DNA from: Eledone cirrhosa
Taxonomy: Eukaryota
Direction: 5' to 3'
DNA: 64,000 nt
Assembly (NCBI GenBank): GCA_964016885.1
Contig: OZ024755.1
Span: 14,632,001 to 14,696,000, forward strand
Position numbers and translations under genes: made by a program. Below the pieces are notes generated by a model that did no database searches, was not told the origin of the DNA, and was given only the letters and a program-made list of their open reading frames with translations. Positions within the stretch are counted from its first letter, which is position 1. Every line of letters starts with the position of its first letter. Positions 20,058-35,985 of the stretch are shown here, piece by piece.

Positions 20058-23000
20058 CCCCCCCTCTCTCTCTCTCTGTATATATATAAATATATATTTA
20101 TTTGTAGACACGAATACATATACATATATCCTGGCAGTCACTCCTAATCAAATCATATTTGATGTTAGTGTAGTTTATTAATTTTAGAAAGGTTATGGTT
20201 TATTAATGAAGTAACACCATCAACAAGAATATACCACTTGGCAATACCACCACGATTTCCCGAAGACCTGCCACAGTGTAATTATTTGTTTGTAATCACA
20301 CATAGTTGTAATCATGCCACTCGCTTCATTGAGGTGAAGTATGATGACATCCTTATAAGGGATATCACAATAATCACCACAAAATCAGCAACAACAATAA
20401 TAATAACAACAATAATAACAATAAAATAAGGAGCTTCGATGTTGCATTCTATCTACTAGAAATAGCAACCATATATATTTTAATTCAAATACCTGACTCT
20501 TAGAATGAACCTTGATTTTGTCACCTGCTTCAAGAAATAGCAGCTAATTCTCCCTCAAATCATGACGTATCTCAATCTTGTTCCCCCTGCTAGAAAAATT
20601 AGCCAAATGTTACTTTAATTAAAATTCGTCTTAAACAAAGAAGGGAAGATTTGATGATAAAGTCCGAAATTGTTTAAAGAAAGTGATATATTCCTTTTTG
20701 GAATGCTTTTAATCATGGGCTTGTCCCTCTAGGTTTAGCCTGCAGATAAACAATAACAATAACAACTTCAATGAAGAGAACGATGATAATGACGATAGAA
20801 TTAACTGCAATATTTCTACTTTATATTGCAAGACCACCACACCTCAATATTCTATGAATTTCTATTCAGGAAACCGTTTTCAATAACATAATCTTAACAA
20901 TAAGAACAACCACAATAATCATCACAATATCGGATCAGCAATAACAACAATAATAACAACAATAGCCGCAGTAAAAGTCAGTTATATGAACATAAAAATA
21001 TATAAATATAGAGCGACGACAGAATCAACTGATGCACTCATCAGTCAATGTGTTGTGTGAACAGTAATATTATTCATACGACAGATGCTAGTAAAAAATA
21101 TTTTTTAGCCGGTCGCAGAAATAAATGACATTTACAGAGAACCTTTAATAGGCATTTTGACATTGACAAATTGTGTTTAATGTGAGTCAGACTAGGCGAT
21201 CAAACCCTACTTCACAGATCAATATAACCAACCAAGTGAGCACACTATAACAACCTGCAAAGACCCTACAATAATAATCAAGTGAAAACAAAAATACACC
21301 AGCATTCTAATAATCAATAAAATCCAGCAAATAAAATAAAGACTATGATAAATAACTTACAAACTAATAAGCCATCAAACCATTCCTTTAACTAATATGA
21401 AAATGAATAAATATAAAACTATCGGAAAAGATGTTTAAAAAATTACGCGCTTGTAATTTCAAACCATAAAAATCAATTAGATAAATCGAATACTAAATCA
21501 TTAAATCATCGCACCACCAACATTTATAACTAAATGAGTAACCAAACAATAACGTATCGATACTAACCAAACATCAAATATCGTTCAAACAATTAGATAT
21601 TAAACCAGTAAATTCTAAAACCATGAAATGACAATATTGCCAAATAAGCCAACAAACTATGGAGCGATGAAGCAACAGTGAACATCCATCTAGAAGATTA
21701 CTAAACCATAAATAAGACCAGCCATGAAAACAAGAATCAAAGACATCACAAAATAATCCATTAAAAAAAGCCATTAAGTCATCAACGTAAGCGATATCAA
21801 ATCACTTGTTTATACAAAAATAATACAATTAATTTAACAAGTTAATTTACCATTAAACAGGTTAATCATGAACCAACGATACCATTAAACCGTGAAGCTA
21901 TCATACAATGCCGGTATTATCTCATCTGTAAAACAATCAATTTATCAGGTTATATCCTCAAACCAAGCATGAAACCATGACACTTGGCCAACAATTCCTC
22001 ATCGAAATGAAGCCAAAGTAAGAAAAAGCGCATTATTATATATTCAGGATTATAAAATTGTCAACATTCACGAATTGAAAACATCCAGTCAAAGCCAAAC
22101 CATATAATTCAGATCAATAGGAATGAACCCATCAAACAACAAAGCTTTTAATCCATGTAATCATCAAACAAAAATCCATTAATCTATGAAACCATCAAAC
22201 GATAACAACCGTTAAATCATTTAACCATTAAACTATCAATGTACAAAAACTATCAAACCATTAAACTATCATAGTATAAAACAATTAAAAAATTAAACAA
22301 TTACACCAACAAAGTGCAATACAATTAAAACATTAAACCATAAAAGTACAAACTTTAAAACCATTAAATTATCAAAATACACACCATTAAACCATTAAAC
22401 CATTAACTTACAAAACAATTAAACAATTCCACCATCAAAGTAAATATCATTAAGCTACTAAACCATAAAAGTACAAACCTTTAAACCATTAAATTATCAA
22501 ATACAAAAACCAGGATACCATTAAGTCATCAAAGAATAAAAACCATTATACTGCAATATCATCAAGCAACCATATCTTAAATCTATCCAAACAAAAGCAA
22601 ACTATGCAGTAAAATACAAAACTATGTTAAATAAACCATTAAATCCATCGTGAAACTACCAAACCTATTACACAATGAAACTATAAAACAAACAAACAAA
22701 CACTTAAATCAATATTCAAACAAGTCAAACAATAACAACAATAGCAAGAACAATAAGAACACAACAAACATGGTAGAATCAGATCAAAACAAAATGCAGA
22801 ATGCATTCTTAGGAACGAACAAATCCATCAAGACAAACACAAGAAAACGAAAATAAATAAGAAATCAACAATGGCAGCAATAAATTAAGAAACCGGTAAA
22901 CCAGAAAATCATGAAATCAACCAAATTGAAATAGAAAAATAATATATAAAATATAAAATATATAGAAAACCAAAAACACAAATTAAATCGAAGGAAGATT

Positions 23001-24044
23001 TAAAAACAAAAAAATCTCGTAATTTGATGTTTGTCAACCAGAACCGATCAATCAAAATTAAGTTGACAAAAACCTCCCGGAGCTCCACCAGGAAACAGAA
23101 AACTGTAAAACAACAACAACAACAATGACAATTAAGATGGCGGCGACAACAACAACTAAAACAACTAAAGGAACAGGAAGGAAAAACAACAACAGCCAAA
23201 ACTAAAAGCAGTAGTAAAGATGACAACAATAACAACATACAGTTTCAACAACAACAAGACGAATAAGAACAACAAAATATAGCAACAGCGATGACAAACA
23301 ACAACAATAAAACTGACAACAATAACAACAATAGCAAAATCATCAGCAGCAGCATGTACAGTAAAAAATACGAGAATTACCGTAGCTGAGATGACAACGA
23401 TGTGAGAAATAACAACAGATTCAACAACATCATCTCCATCATTATCATCATCTCTATCACATCATCATCGTCACAACAACAACAAAAACAATAATATCCA
23501 ACAATAACAACAATTACAACAATAACAGCGCCAGCAACCAACAGTACCAACAACCAACAGTACCAACAACAATGACAACCACAACAACCAACAATAACAA
23601 CAACAGACAACAACAACCAACAACAACAGCAAACAACAACAAAAACCAACCACCAACAACAACCACAACAATATCAACAACAACTGCAACAAAACCATTG
23701 ACGACGACGACAACATAAACAATAACAACATCAAAAGATACAAAAAAGAAATAAATAAAAAAATGGTAAATGTTTAAAGGTAAACAAAACAACAACAAAA
23801 GCTAACAAATATGAACCACAAATAAAAATTCATTTACAACACAAACAGAATTACATCGAGGTAAAATAAAATTAGACCAAGATAAAATAGAATTATTAAA
23901 ACGAAATCACATTTCTCCAGCAGAAAAGGAACATGGGAAGCTAGAAAATAAAGCTACTATTTAATTTTCGGCTCGCCTTGTCAGTTTCCAATGTACACAA
24001 CTTTGATTATAAACGTACACATACATGCGTGAATGCTATATCGA

Positions 24045-24106
<62 letters not shown>

Positions 24107-24289
24107 TATATATATATATATATATATATGTGTGTATGTGAGTGTGTGTATGTATATGTGTGGATGACTGTGCGAATGTGCATTTGGTTTTCTTCTACTG
24201 CACTTTATCTATAGTTATCTGCATTGTGGCAAATATATTTGAATATCTCTCTCTCTCTCTCCATCTCTCTATTTCTCCCCATCCCCCCT

Positions 24290-25312
<1,023 letters not shown>

Positions 25313-26161
25313 TTTGAACTGATCCACTTTGGAAAAGAGGATGCTCTGAAACTCCCGTACTCCCTTCCCCCCGGGGAAACTCTCGTGGCATCTAACAACA
25401 TCAGAGACTTGGGAGTAACCGTGGACAGCAATATAAGCTGGACCACGCATATAAGCAGCAAAGTTGACATGGCCCGCAGAATGTGTTCCTGGATCCTCAG
25501 AACCTTCCAGTCGAGAGATTCCCGCACCATTATCCTTCTCTTCTCTACTTTCGCCCGACCACACCTTGAATACTGTCGTCCACTGTGGTCTCCCCACACG
25601 AAACAAAGTATCATGAAACTTGAAGCTCCTCAAAGGGCAATCACGAAAAAGATAGATGGCATGTCAGACCTTGACTACTGGGGTCGATTAGAAAACCTGA
25701 AACTTTACTCACTCCAACGTCGCCGTGAGCGTTATATTATCTGCATGATGTGGAAAATGTTCCATCATCACTGCCCAAATGATGTTGGCATCGCCTTCAA
25801 GATACACCCAAGGCTTGGGCCCCGTGCTATCCGTCCCATTCAAAAATCTAAATCGCAACTCATAACAACAATACGGCACAATTATTTCACCTCAATCGGC
25901 CCTGCTCTCTTCAACATCACACCAGGACACGTCAAAACAGAAACTGACCACACAAAATTCAAGAAGTCTTTGGACAAATTCCTCCAAGTAATCCCGGACA
26001 AACCACCCACACCCGGATATGTCTCCGCAAACAGTAATTCTCTTCTCGAATGGGCCATGGTGCCCAAATCCTGAATTGAAAGACTTCGCCAGGTGGTGCT
26101 ATTAAGTTAGACATGGCCTGGGCCAATACTGGCCAAAACATTTCAAAGTTATTCAAAGTTA
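25313..26161 (+). mobile_element. 5'-truncated CR1-clade LINE: ORF2 C-terminus (25313-26074) plus 3' UTR
   Basis: Open frame [18 protein letters not shown]...[14 protein letters not shown]...[10 protein letters not shown]...[19 protein letters not shown]...FKKSLDKFL, typical of the CR1/L2 RT C-terminus. The 3' UTR has hairpin ggccaatactggcc and a (TTCAAAGTTA)2 tail. Confidence 0.92.
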
Positions 26162-26834
<673 letters not shown>

Positions 26835-27208
26835 AATTCTAGGAGAAAGAAAACTCTGATATAACACCTTCAACTCTGATGGTATCCAATGACGTTGACT
26901 TGTTCTTCTTTTTGGTAAATATCATCTTGGTGAAGAGAATGGGACTTGCTTTGTGCAGTGCCTTTGCTCACTATAAAAGCTTCACGACACAGGCTTGCTT
27001 TATACCTGGAGATCTCTCTGCACCTGTCGTCACATGGTACCATGGGCCCAGCACTATGTGTCAATAATTGTCACAAGTGTAGTGTTTGTACCAGAGTTTT
27101 CAAGTCGCTGGCTGGACTAACAAGTCACTCGTTCAGCGCATGGGTAGGGGTTCTCCTATATGGATATAAAGTAGTGGCCGTAATCGAAAACGAGTTGGCA
27201 ACCACCAT
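26835..27208 (+). mobile_element. Bipartite RTE-derived non-autonomous element, 5'-truncated
   Basis: Closely similar to 39045-39419; RTE 5'UTR-like ctaggagaa.gaaaactctgat, a zinc-finger remnant and a (ATGT)n tail. Confidence 0.85.
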
Positions 27209-27245
27209 GTATGTATGTATGTATGTATGTGTGTCTCTGTCTGCC

Positions 27246-27276
<31 letters not shown>

Positions 27277-27721
27277 GCTCATGTGTCTATGCGTGTATGC
27301 AAAAAGTAAAGAGAAAGATCAAATCAAACGACGCAATACAATGAAGAAATATATTAATTTAATGCTTGATATCGTAGTAAAGTTTTGTTGGAAGGATAGA
27401 TAGATAGATAGAAAAATAGACAATCTCATTTTTTGCTTTATATGATATGACATATATTCTGGTTCCTCGCCATTTAATTTTCACTTTTAATTCTTTTATC
27501 GAAGTATAATAAAAGAAACGTCGTTTGACAGACTGGCGTATAACTAAACACTCCCTAAAAAGTTAATGTCTTATATTGATGTAATTTACAATTAAAGAGG
27601 ACCAAACCCTACTTAACCACAAGAGTATCTCTTTGTTTTAATAAATGGCCAACACTTGAACACATTACGATCTTATCATGTGGAAATCAGACACCCTATT
27701 ATACAACCATATATATACATA

Positions 27722-27798
<77 letters not shown>

Positions 27799-27859
27799 GT
27801 GCGTATCGATGTATATATATATATATATATATACATATATATATACATATGTGCGTATC

Positions 27860-27895
<36 letters not shown>

Positions 27896-28170
27896 CATAT
27901 ATATATATATATAGTTGTATAATACGGTGGCTGATTATATGTGTATGATTATGTATATATATATATCTATATGTATATATGTATATATATATATGGCGTT
28001 ATCATATGGCTAAAACAGCACGACGGGCTGTGATCAGCGGCGCCGATTGGCGCCCGACAGACTGGTCGGTCATGGTCAAGTTGATATATGTATATGTATA
28101 TATATATATATGGAGGAGGTTATAGTTCACTCGAAGCATTGTGTAATGAGGTATAAACGTTTGTATATGT

Positions 28171-28359
28171 ATAATTGTTTCTACTTTTGGCACAAGGACA
28201 GCAATTAACCAGTACACTACTGGTACTTTATTTTATCGACCCCGTAAGGATGAAAGGCAAAGTTAACCTCGACGGGATTTGAACTCAAACCGTAAAGGGA
28301 CGTAACTATGCTAGAAAGCATGGCGTCTAACCCTCTACTGATACTGCCAATTCACCGCC
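28171..28359 (-). mobile_element. tRNA-derived SINE, near full length
   Basis: Reverse complement of the 33678-33867 consensus. Confidence 0.9.
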
Positions 28360-28472
28360 CAATTCACCGTATAATAAAGCCAAAACAATGCAGGTATGGA
28401 CATAGAATAAAGAATGCAAATGCAAAAGATATTGTTGACAATTAGTCTTTTACCTTAGATTTATTTAAATGT

Positions 28473-28507
28473 CCTTAATTTTAGAGATACTATCTCTTCT
28501 TCAGAGG
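28473..28507 (-). ncRNA. Degenerate hammerhead in the 3' UTR of the second PLE
   Basis: CCT-CTGAAGA-A-GAGAT-AGT-ATCTC-TAAA-AT-TA-AGG (GAAA>TAAA), palindromic AATT stem III, ~400 nt downstream of the GIY-YIG stop on the same strand. Confidence 0.55.
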
Positions 28508-28902
28508 GAAGTAAATCTGTTAATCCAGTGTTCTAAGTAGCTTGCCAAGTCATGCTGACAGGAAATGGTATAGAGTATCTGTTCTATCTCTAATATCAAA
28601 GAGTTAAGATTAGGTGGATAAAGAGTAGTCTCCCTTTAAAAGTTTTTTTTTTTGTTTTTATGTACATGCCTGTTTAAGTGTGTGGGAGAATGCATGAAGG
28701 TGTAAGTATGTGAGTGTGTGTGTGTGTGAGTGTGAGAAGATATGTCTATACGTAAATGTGGGGGATAGATGTTATCTCGTGTTAGAATTGGTTTTGTGTG
28801 TGTATGTGTGAGAGAGAATAAGTGGAGGTGTAAGCGTGTGTGCGCGTGCGTGTGTGCGTGTGTGTGTGTGAGGTGTGTGTAAATATGGGGCTAGAAGCTC
28901 TA

Positions 28903-29071
28903 TCAAGTTATAAATTGGGTGTTGAGTTCTAGTCTATTATTGATTGGTGGTTGTGTTTTGTCTATAATTAGTGCTTCCTTAATTCTAAGATAGCCGAGCT
29001 TTCTTTCCTTAGTTTCTATCCTAACTGTTATGGTTTTGTCGGTGTTTTTGCATTTAACACCTAGTTAAATG

Positions 29072-29074
<3 letters not shown>
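28903..29074 (-). pseudogene. PLE GIY-YIG C-terminal fragment with a 5' micro-inversion
   Basis: Minus strand VKCKNTDKTITVRIETKERKLGYLRIKEALIIDKTQPPINNRLELNTQFIT* (R..KEA..I...P..N motif). The 5' end folds back as ttgcatttaac/gttaaatgcaa. Confidence 0.75.
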
Positions 29075-29130
<56 letters not shown>

Positions 29131-29133
<3 letters not shown>

Positions 29134-29318
29134 AAATGTTTAACCCCGGCGGCAGAGTTCAAGCCGTTTGGACGGCTCTTTCTGGGAAAGAGCCGTCGAA
29201 ACGTCTTGAGCTCTTCTGTCGGGGTTAAACATTTCCCTATTACCCACTCTTCTACCCTAAGTATTGAGTACTCTGGTGCGTTATGGTCGACCTGGTTCCT
29301 TACCACACTTCCTTCGTT
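29131..29318 (+). mobile_element. Unclassified TA-embedded element with a 52-bp hairpin
   Basis: Hairpin 29131-29237 plus an ~80-bp tail shared with 47498-47620 and, inverted, 58956-58994. All copies are flanked by (TA)n. Confidence 0.75.
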
Positions 29319-29719
29319 ATATATATATGTTTATGTGTGTATGTATGTATATATCCGGCCTCCTACAATTCCCCCAGGAGTTACATTGACCATGCACGCA
29401 CACACACACACGCACATATATATATGTATAAAACGTATACACCCCAAATCATGTAGGCACACATTAAAATTTATTCATACATACATGTAAACATCATATA
29501 GCACATTCTAAGTCTTAAAGCAGCGAGTGAAGGACAAATCAATATGATGGAACGCATTCTTCTCCAGTTATTTTTTGCGCCAAGTTCGTTGTAATTTAAG
29601 TTGAATGAAGCAAATAAGACTTTAAACCAGGTTTTGGATGAGATTCACCAGGTTCTTACCATCAGTAACCATTACAACAACATTGCTACTATATCTATCT
29701 ATCTATCTAACTATACATT

Positions 29720-29751
<32 letters not shown>

Positions 29752-30494
29752 CCTAAAAAGACTCCAGTTTCATTTTCGATTTCCTTTCCTTATATATATA
29801 TACACACACACACAAACATACCCATACACAGGCACTACCTCACTCATATGTACATATATATTGAAATACACTCGCAAACATAAATGCACCAGACACACAC
29901 CCGAACGTGTATCCTTGCTCTCTTGTTTGTTTATATGCTTGTGCATCTGTACGACTTCTTTTATTTCTGTATACGCACCTCTGCTTGTGTAGGTACGTGT
30001 AATTCTGTTTATATACGTGAATGTTCTTCTCTGAGTGGATGTTTTTATGCTTATGTATATATATATGTGTACCTATGCCTGGGTCTGTGTGTGTATATCT
30101 GCAACTTTATATCCCTAAATCCCTAAATTCCACTAACAGCTGCCACTTAAAATTCCTTAATGGGAATTCCTTGTTATATAAACGTATTTAATATTAGCCA
30201 TATTTCCCTGCTATTCAATCAATAACCAGATATATATTTGCTTGGCTTCTATGTTTTTCTATCATTTACTAAAAGTCATTATCCTTTCAGAGATTCGTTT
30301 TGTTTTTCTGTTTTTTTTTCTTTTCTCTTTGGCTTTATATGTCTCCTCGTGGAAAAACTGTAACTGACACATTCATTCACCCATACACATACGTACTTTC
30401 ACACAAACGCATGCACACACACACACAGTCAGACTCATATTGATATACATATATTCATACAAGCTCTAACAAACAAACGCCTCACATGTATATT

Positions 30495-30645
<151 letters not shown>

Positions 30646-30667
30646 TGCACTTAAATTTATATACATA

Positions 30668-30704
<37 letters not shown>

Positions 30705-30744
30705 GCACATTCACATACATATATATACATTCACATACATATAT

Positions 30745-30797
<53 letters not shown>

Positions 30798-31192
30798 CAT
30801 ATACACACTTACATATATATATACATGCATTTATATACACATAAATACCTACATACATATATGTTTAGATAAAAACAAATGTATGCATAATTGAGCCGAG
30901 CCTAAAATAACCCTAGGGGAGATTTCTCTAAGCTAAAATATACAGTGGAGTCCAAAATATGTAATTTAGTGAGTTGAAGAAATTAGATGAGAATACTCCC
31001 TGTAGACTGTTTAATATGTAAAAATCATTATGTAAGGGAGATAATTCGAATAACATCAGCTAATCTAATTTTCTGCAAAATGAAAACAATGAAATACCAA
31101 TGAAATACCAAATATTCTAGACTATCGATTATCTGATTGTGTTACTCGCGAATTAATGTGTAAGTAATTGACTATTCAACCGAACACGTGTT

Positions 31193-31302
31193 CGAGGGTC
31201 CACTGACAAGTTCTTAGGCTGACCAAGATACTCTCTTTGAATGATCAAATGAGGTTTATTTTTCAACATAGTCCCTGGAAAGAAACAATGCAGTTATTAA
31301 TA
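31193..31302 (+). mobile_element. Mariner-like terminal fragment
   Basis: cgagggtccactgacaagttcttaggctgaccaa...aaatgaggtttatttttcaacatagtccc; second copy at 44233-44317. Confidence 0.55.
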
Positions 31303-32430
31303 ATTCTCAATTATAGCCACACTCTACTCGACCAGATTCTATACAATTTCCCTTTATTCGGTAGACAACGAACGCATGAAAACCAAATATGTAGAAAATC
31401 TGGAATCACCTTTGCTGTGTAATAGGGGCCTTAGGAACAGTGACTTGAAGATTGAAATGTTCATTGAAGGTGCTGGATTTAGAGGTGAATTTTTTGACTC
31501 TATTCAAGGGATGTTTTCTTGGCACCTGATACCTGAAGCTGCATGAGACAGCTTGATATCTAGCAATTCATATACTGGCAGAAGAAAAAGAAAACCCCGA
31601 GGAAAAAAAAAATAATAATGATGAGAATGAGGATGATAGGATGATGATTATATATATAATAGCAAGATTAATATTTTCTTTTATTACTGCCAAGAAGGGT
31701 CGTTTCTACATACAAGAATAAACGTTTTACAAATAAGCGGAGGAGAAAACCTGTGATATAATAGGAAAGGAAGATCAGAGAGGTTATTGCATTGAATTAT
31801 TGGACATGTTAAAAAATTTATATAAATCAAACAGAAAAGAAATATAGTATGACATAAAACAGAATAATAATATAAAATAGCTATCATTAAAACACACTCT
31901 CACACAATCACACAAATTGCATAACAGATAAAATTGGATAAATTTGTCTCCTTTAACACATTGAAATTGGTGTTTCAAACGGGAAAGAAATCTCTCTCGC
32001 GCCTACAAATTCACACAGAAAGAAGTTAGTAAACTGCACGCGTGGCTTTCACTAGCAGCCTATGATTGATTTTATTTTTTTTAAAATAATCCGTATTGCT
32101 ACTCTGTTCTCGTTCAGTACGAATAATATCTCTGGATTATTTGTTTGTTTTAAGAACTATGGACTTCAGTTAAACACCGTGTGAGATGTATTTCTCTTTA
32201 CACTCTTTACTTATCATCTGCCTGTTAACTACAATTGTTCACATAGATACCTGATGTACCCAAAAGTGTTCTGTAAGCATTTCATTGGTCGGATATGACA
32301 TGGCGCATCATATATCCTTTTAGAAGGCTAGCGTTTAGGTTATCGTTATTAACTACTTCATTAATTCTATATCTATCAAACGTTCCTTGAATTACTCTGA
32401 CATTATTTTGATGTCTTCAGCAAAAAGCTC

Positions 32431-32582
32431 ATCGACATCATTTTACTTGAAATTCAATGTGGAGAAAATTGGTCTTTCAAGGAACACTTAAAATCAAATT
32501 CTGTATATCGACATCATTTTACTTGAAATTCAATGTGGAGAAAATTGGTCTTTCAAGGAACACTTAAAATCAAATTCTGTAT
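32431..32582. repeat. Perfect 76-bp tandem duplication
   Basis: atcgacatcattttacttg...caaattctgtat at 32431-32506 and 32507-32582. Confidence 0.95.
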
Positions 32583-33340
32583 AGGGGTATAATTCTTGTA
32601 CAATCTATTTGATTTCATTTAGGGTAGGCTTTTAATTTTTGAAGACACTGTCCTCGAAACGTTTCCATATTGCGGTACAAAAGTGACACATATTCAACAG
32701 TTAATGGCACAAAGGATGAGTTATGTATTAAATTGACCCTGGCATTGTAGTGTAGAAACAAACCCAGCAGAAACGTAATACTGCACATACCCAAGCTACA
32801 AAGAGCTGTGGTCGGGGATCCAGTGATTGTACCCAATAAAAATAAAGCTAATGATGATGACAATAATGATGATGATGATGATAATCATGTTGCTTATGAT
32901 GATGATGATGATAATAATGACGATGATGATGATCATCATCATGATTATGATAACCATGATGATGATGATGATGATGATGATGAATATTGTGATGATAATG
33001 AAGTTGATAAGATATGCTGGTCATGTTACACAGCTAAATGCTGGGAATAGGATCTGACCTATGTTGACCTTGTAGTAGTAAATCTTGCCAAAAAAAAGTT
33101 CGATTTTAATATCAATATGATTAGTGATCAGTTTCTAGGGATTTCTGGTAAAATGCCTGCCGTTGAGATAACGGAATACTTAAGTCAATATAGCAAAACG
33201 AAAAAAAAAACAAAAAAACGAACAAACCCACAATACCAAATCCATTACTACTACTACTACTACTACTACTACAATTAATAATAATATTAACAACACCAAT
33301 AATAATGATTTCATTTATTGGCCACAAGGGCCGAACCAAT

Positions 33341-33526
33341 AATAACTGTTTCTACTTTAGGCACAAGGCCAGCAATTATCCAGTGCATTACTGGTACTTT
33401 ATTTTATCGACCCTGTAAGGAGAAAGGCAAAGTAAACCTCGGCGGGATTTGAACTCGGATCGTAAAGGGACGTAACTATGCTGGAAAGCATGGCGTCCGA
33501 TTCTCTACCGATACTGCCAATCCACC
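33341..33526 (-). mobile_element. tRNA-derived SINE, full length
   Basis: Inverted copy of 33678-33867 with ~7 differences; accaataataa at both ends is a likely TSD. Confidence 0.92.
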
Positions 33527-33677
33527 AATAATAATAACAAATAAAACTCATAATAACAGCAACAGCAGCAAATAATAAGAAGAAGCATCAATAACTATGA
33601 TACCAATATCTAACAACAATAGTATGATGCTATGATAAACAACTTGTGGAATATAACATATATATACGTTATTGATA

Positions 33678-33867
33678 GGCGGCGGATTGGCAGTATCGGT
33701 AGAGGGTCGGACGCCATGCTTTCCAGCATAGTTACGTCCCTTTACGATCTGAGTTCAAATCCCGCCGAGGTTAACTTTGCCTTTCATCCTTACGGGGTCG
33801 ATAAAATAAAGTACCAGTAATGCACTGGATAATTGCTGGCCTTGTGCCTAAAGTAGAAACAGTTATT
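33678..33867 (+). mobile_element. tRNA-derived SINE, full length (possibly Meta-domain type)
   Basis: A-box-like tggcagtatcggtag, B-box gagttcaaatccc, central gcctttcatccttacggggtcgataaaataaagtacc, TSD GTTATTGATA (33668-33677 / 33862-33871). Confidence 0.92.
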
Positions 33868-33912
33868 GATATTCTGCTTGTAAGATGAGCGTAGATATTA
33901 AATATTTATTCA

Positions 33913-35198
33913 AATATATATATATATATATATATACATATGCATTTTATTACATATATATATTATATATATATATATTATATATATAATATTATAATAT
34001 ATATATATATAATATATATAATATATATATATTATATATATTATATATATATATATATTATATATATATATATATATTATATATATTATATATATATTAT
34101 ATATATATATATTATATATATATTATATATATATATATTATATATATATTATATATATATATTATATATATATATTATATATATATATTATATATATATA
34201 TATTATATATATATATATATTATATATATATTATATATATATTATATATATATATTATATATATATATTATATATATATATATATTATATTATATATATA
34301 TATATATTATATATATATTATATATATTATATATATATTATATATATATTATATATATTATATATATATTATATATATTATATATATATTATATATATTA
34401 TATATATTATATATATTATATATATATTATATATATTATATATATATTATATATATTATATATATATATATTATATATATATTATTTATATATATATTAT
34501 ATATATATTATATATATATTATTTATATATATATTATATATATATATTATATATATTATATATTATATATATATATTATTTATATATATATGATATATAT
34601 ATTATATATATATATATTATATATATATTATATATTTATATATATTATATATATATTATATATATATATATATTATATATATATTATATATTATTTATAT
34701 ATATATGATATATATATTATATATATATATATTATATATATATTATATATTTATATATATTATATATATATTATATATATATATATATTATATATATATT
34801 ATATATTATTTATATATATATTATATATATATTATATATATATTATATATATATATATTATATATATATATTATATATATATATATATTATATATATATA
34901 TACTATATATATATTATATATATATATTATATATATATATTATATATATATATATACTATATATATATTATATATATATATTATATATATATATTATATA
35001 TATATATATATTATATATATATTATATATATATTATATATATATATATTATATATATATATATATTATATATATATATTATATATATAATATATATATAT
35101 TATATATATATATATATTATATATATATATTATATATATATTATATATATATTATATATTATATATATATTATATATATATATTATATATATATTATA

Positions 35199-35242
<44 letters not shown>

Positions 35243-35297
35243 ATATATATATTATATATATATATATTATATATATATTATATATATATTATATATA

Positions 35298-35345
<48 letters not shown>

Positions 35346-35418
35346 ATATATATATATATTATATATATATTATATATATATTATATATATATATATTATA
35401 TATATATTATATATATAT

Positions 35419-35459
<41 letters not shown>

Positions 35460-35735
35460 TATATATATATTATATATATATTATATATATTATATATATA
35501 TTATATATATTATATATATATTATATATATTATATATATATTATATATATTATATATATATTATATATATTATATATATATTATATATATTATATATATA
35601 TATATTATATATATATTATTTATATATATATTATATATATATTATATATATATTATTTATATATATATTATATATATATTATATATATATATATATTATA
35701 TATATATATTATTTATATATATATGATATATATAT

Positions 35736-35766
<31 letters not shown>

Positions 35767-35985
35767 ATATATTTATATATATTATATATATATTATATAT
35801 ATATATATATTATATATATATTATATATTATTTATATATATATTATATATATATTATATATATATTATATATATATATATTATATATATATATATTATAT
35901 ATATATATATATTATATATATATATACTATATATATATTATATATATATATTATATATATATATTATATATATATATATACTATA
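33913..35985. repeat. Almost pure A/T (TA)n array with TT interruptions
   Basis: ~2 kb with very few G or C. Confidence 0.97.

Noticed and set aside
33678-33775. tRNA gene
   Set aside because: It has A/B boxes only, no cloverleaf, and is part of a multi-copy SINE.
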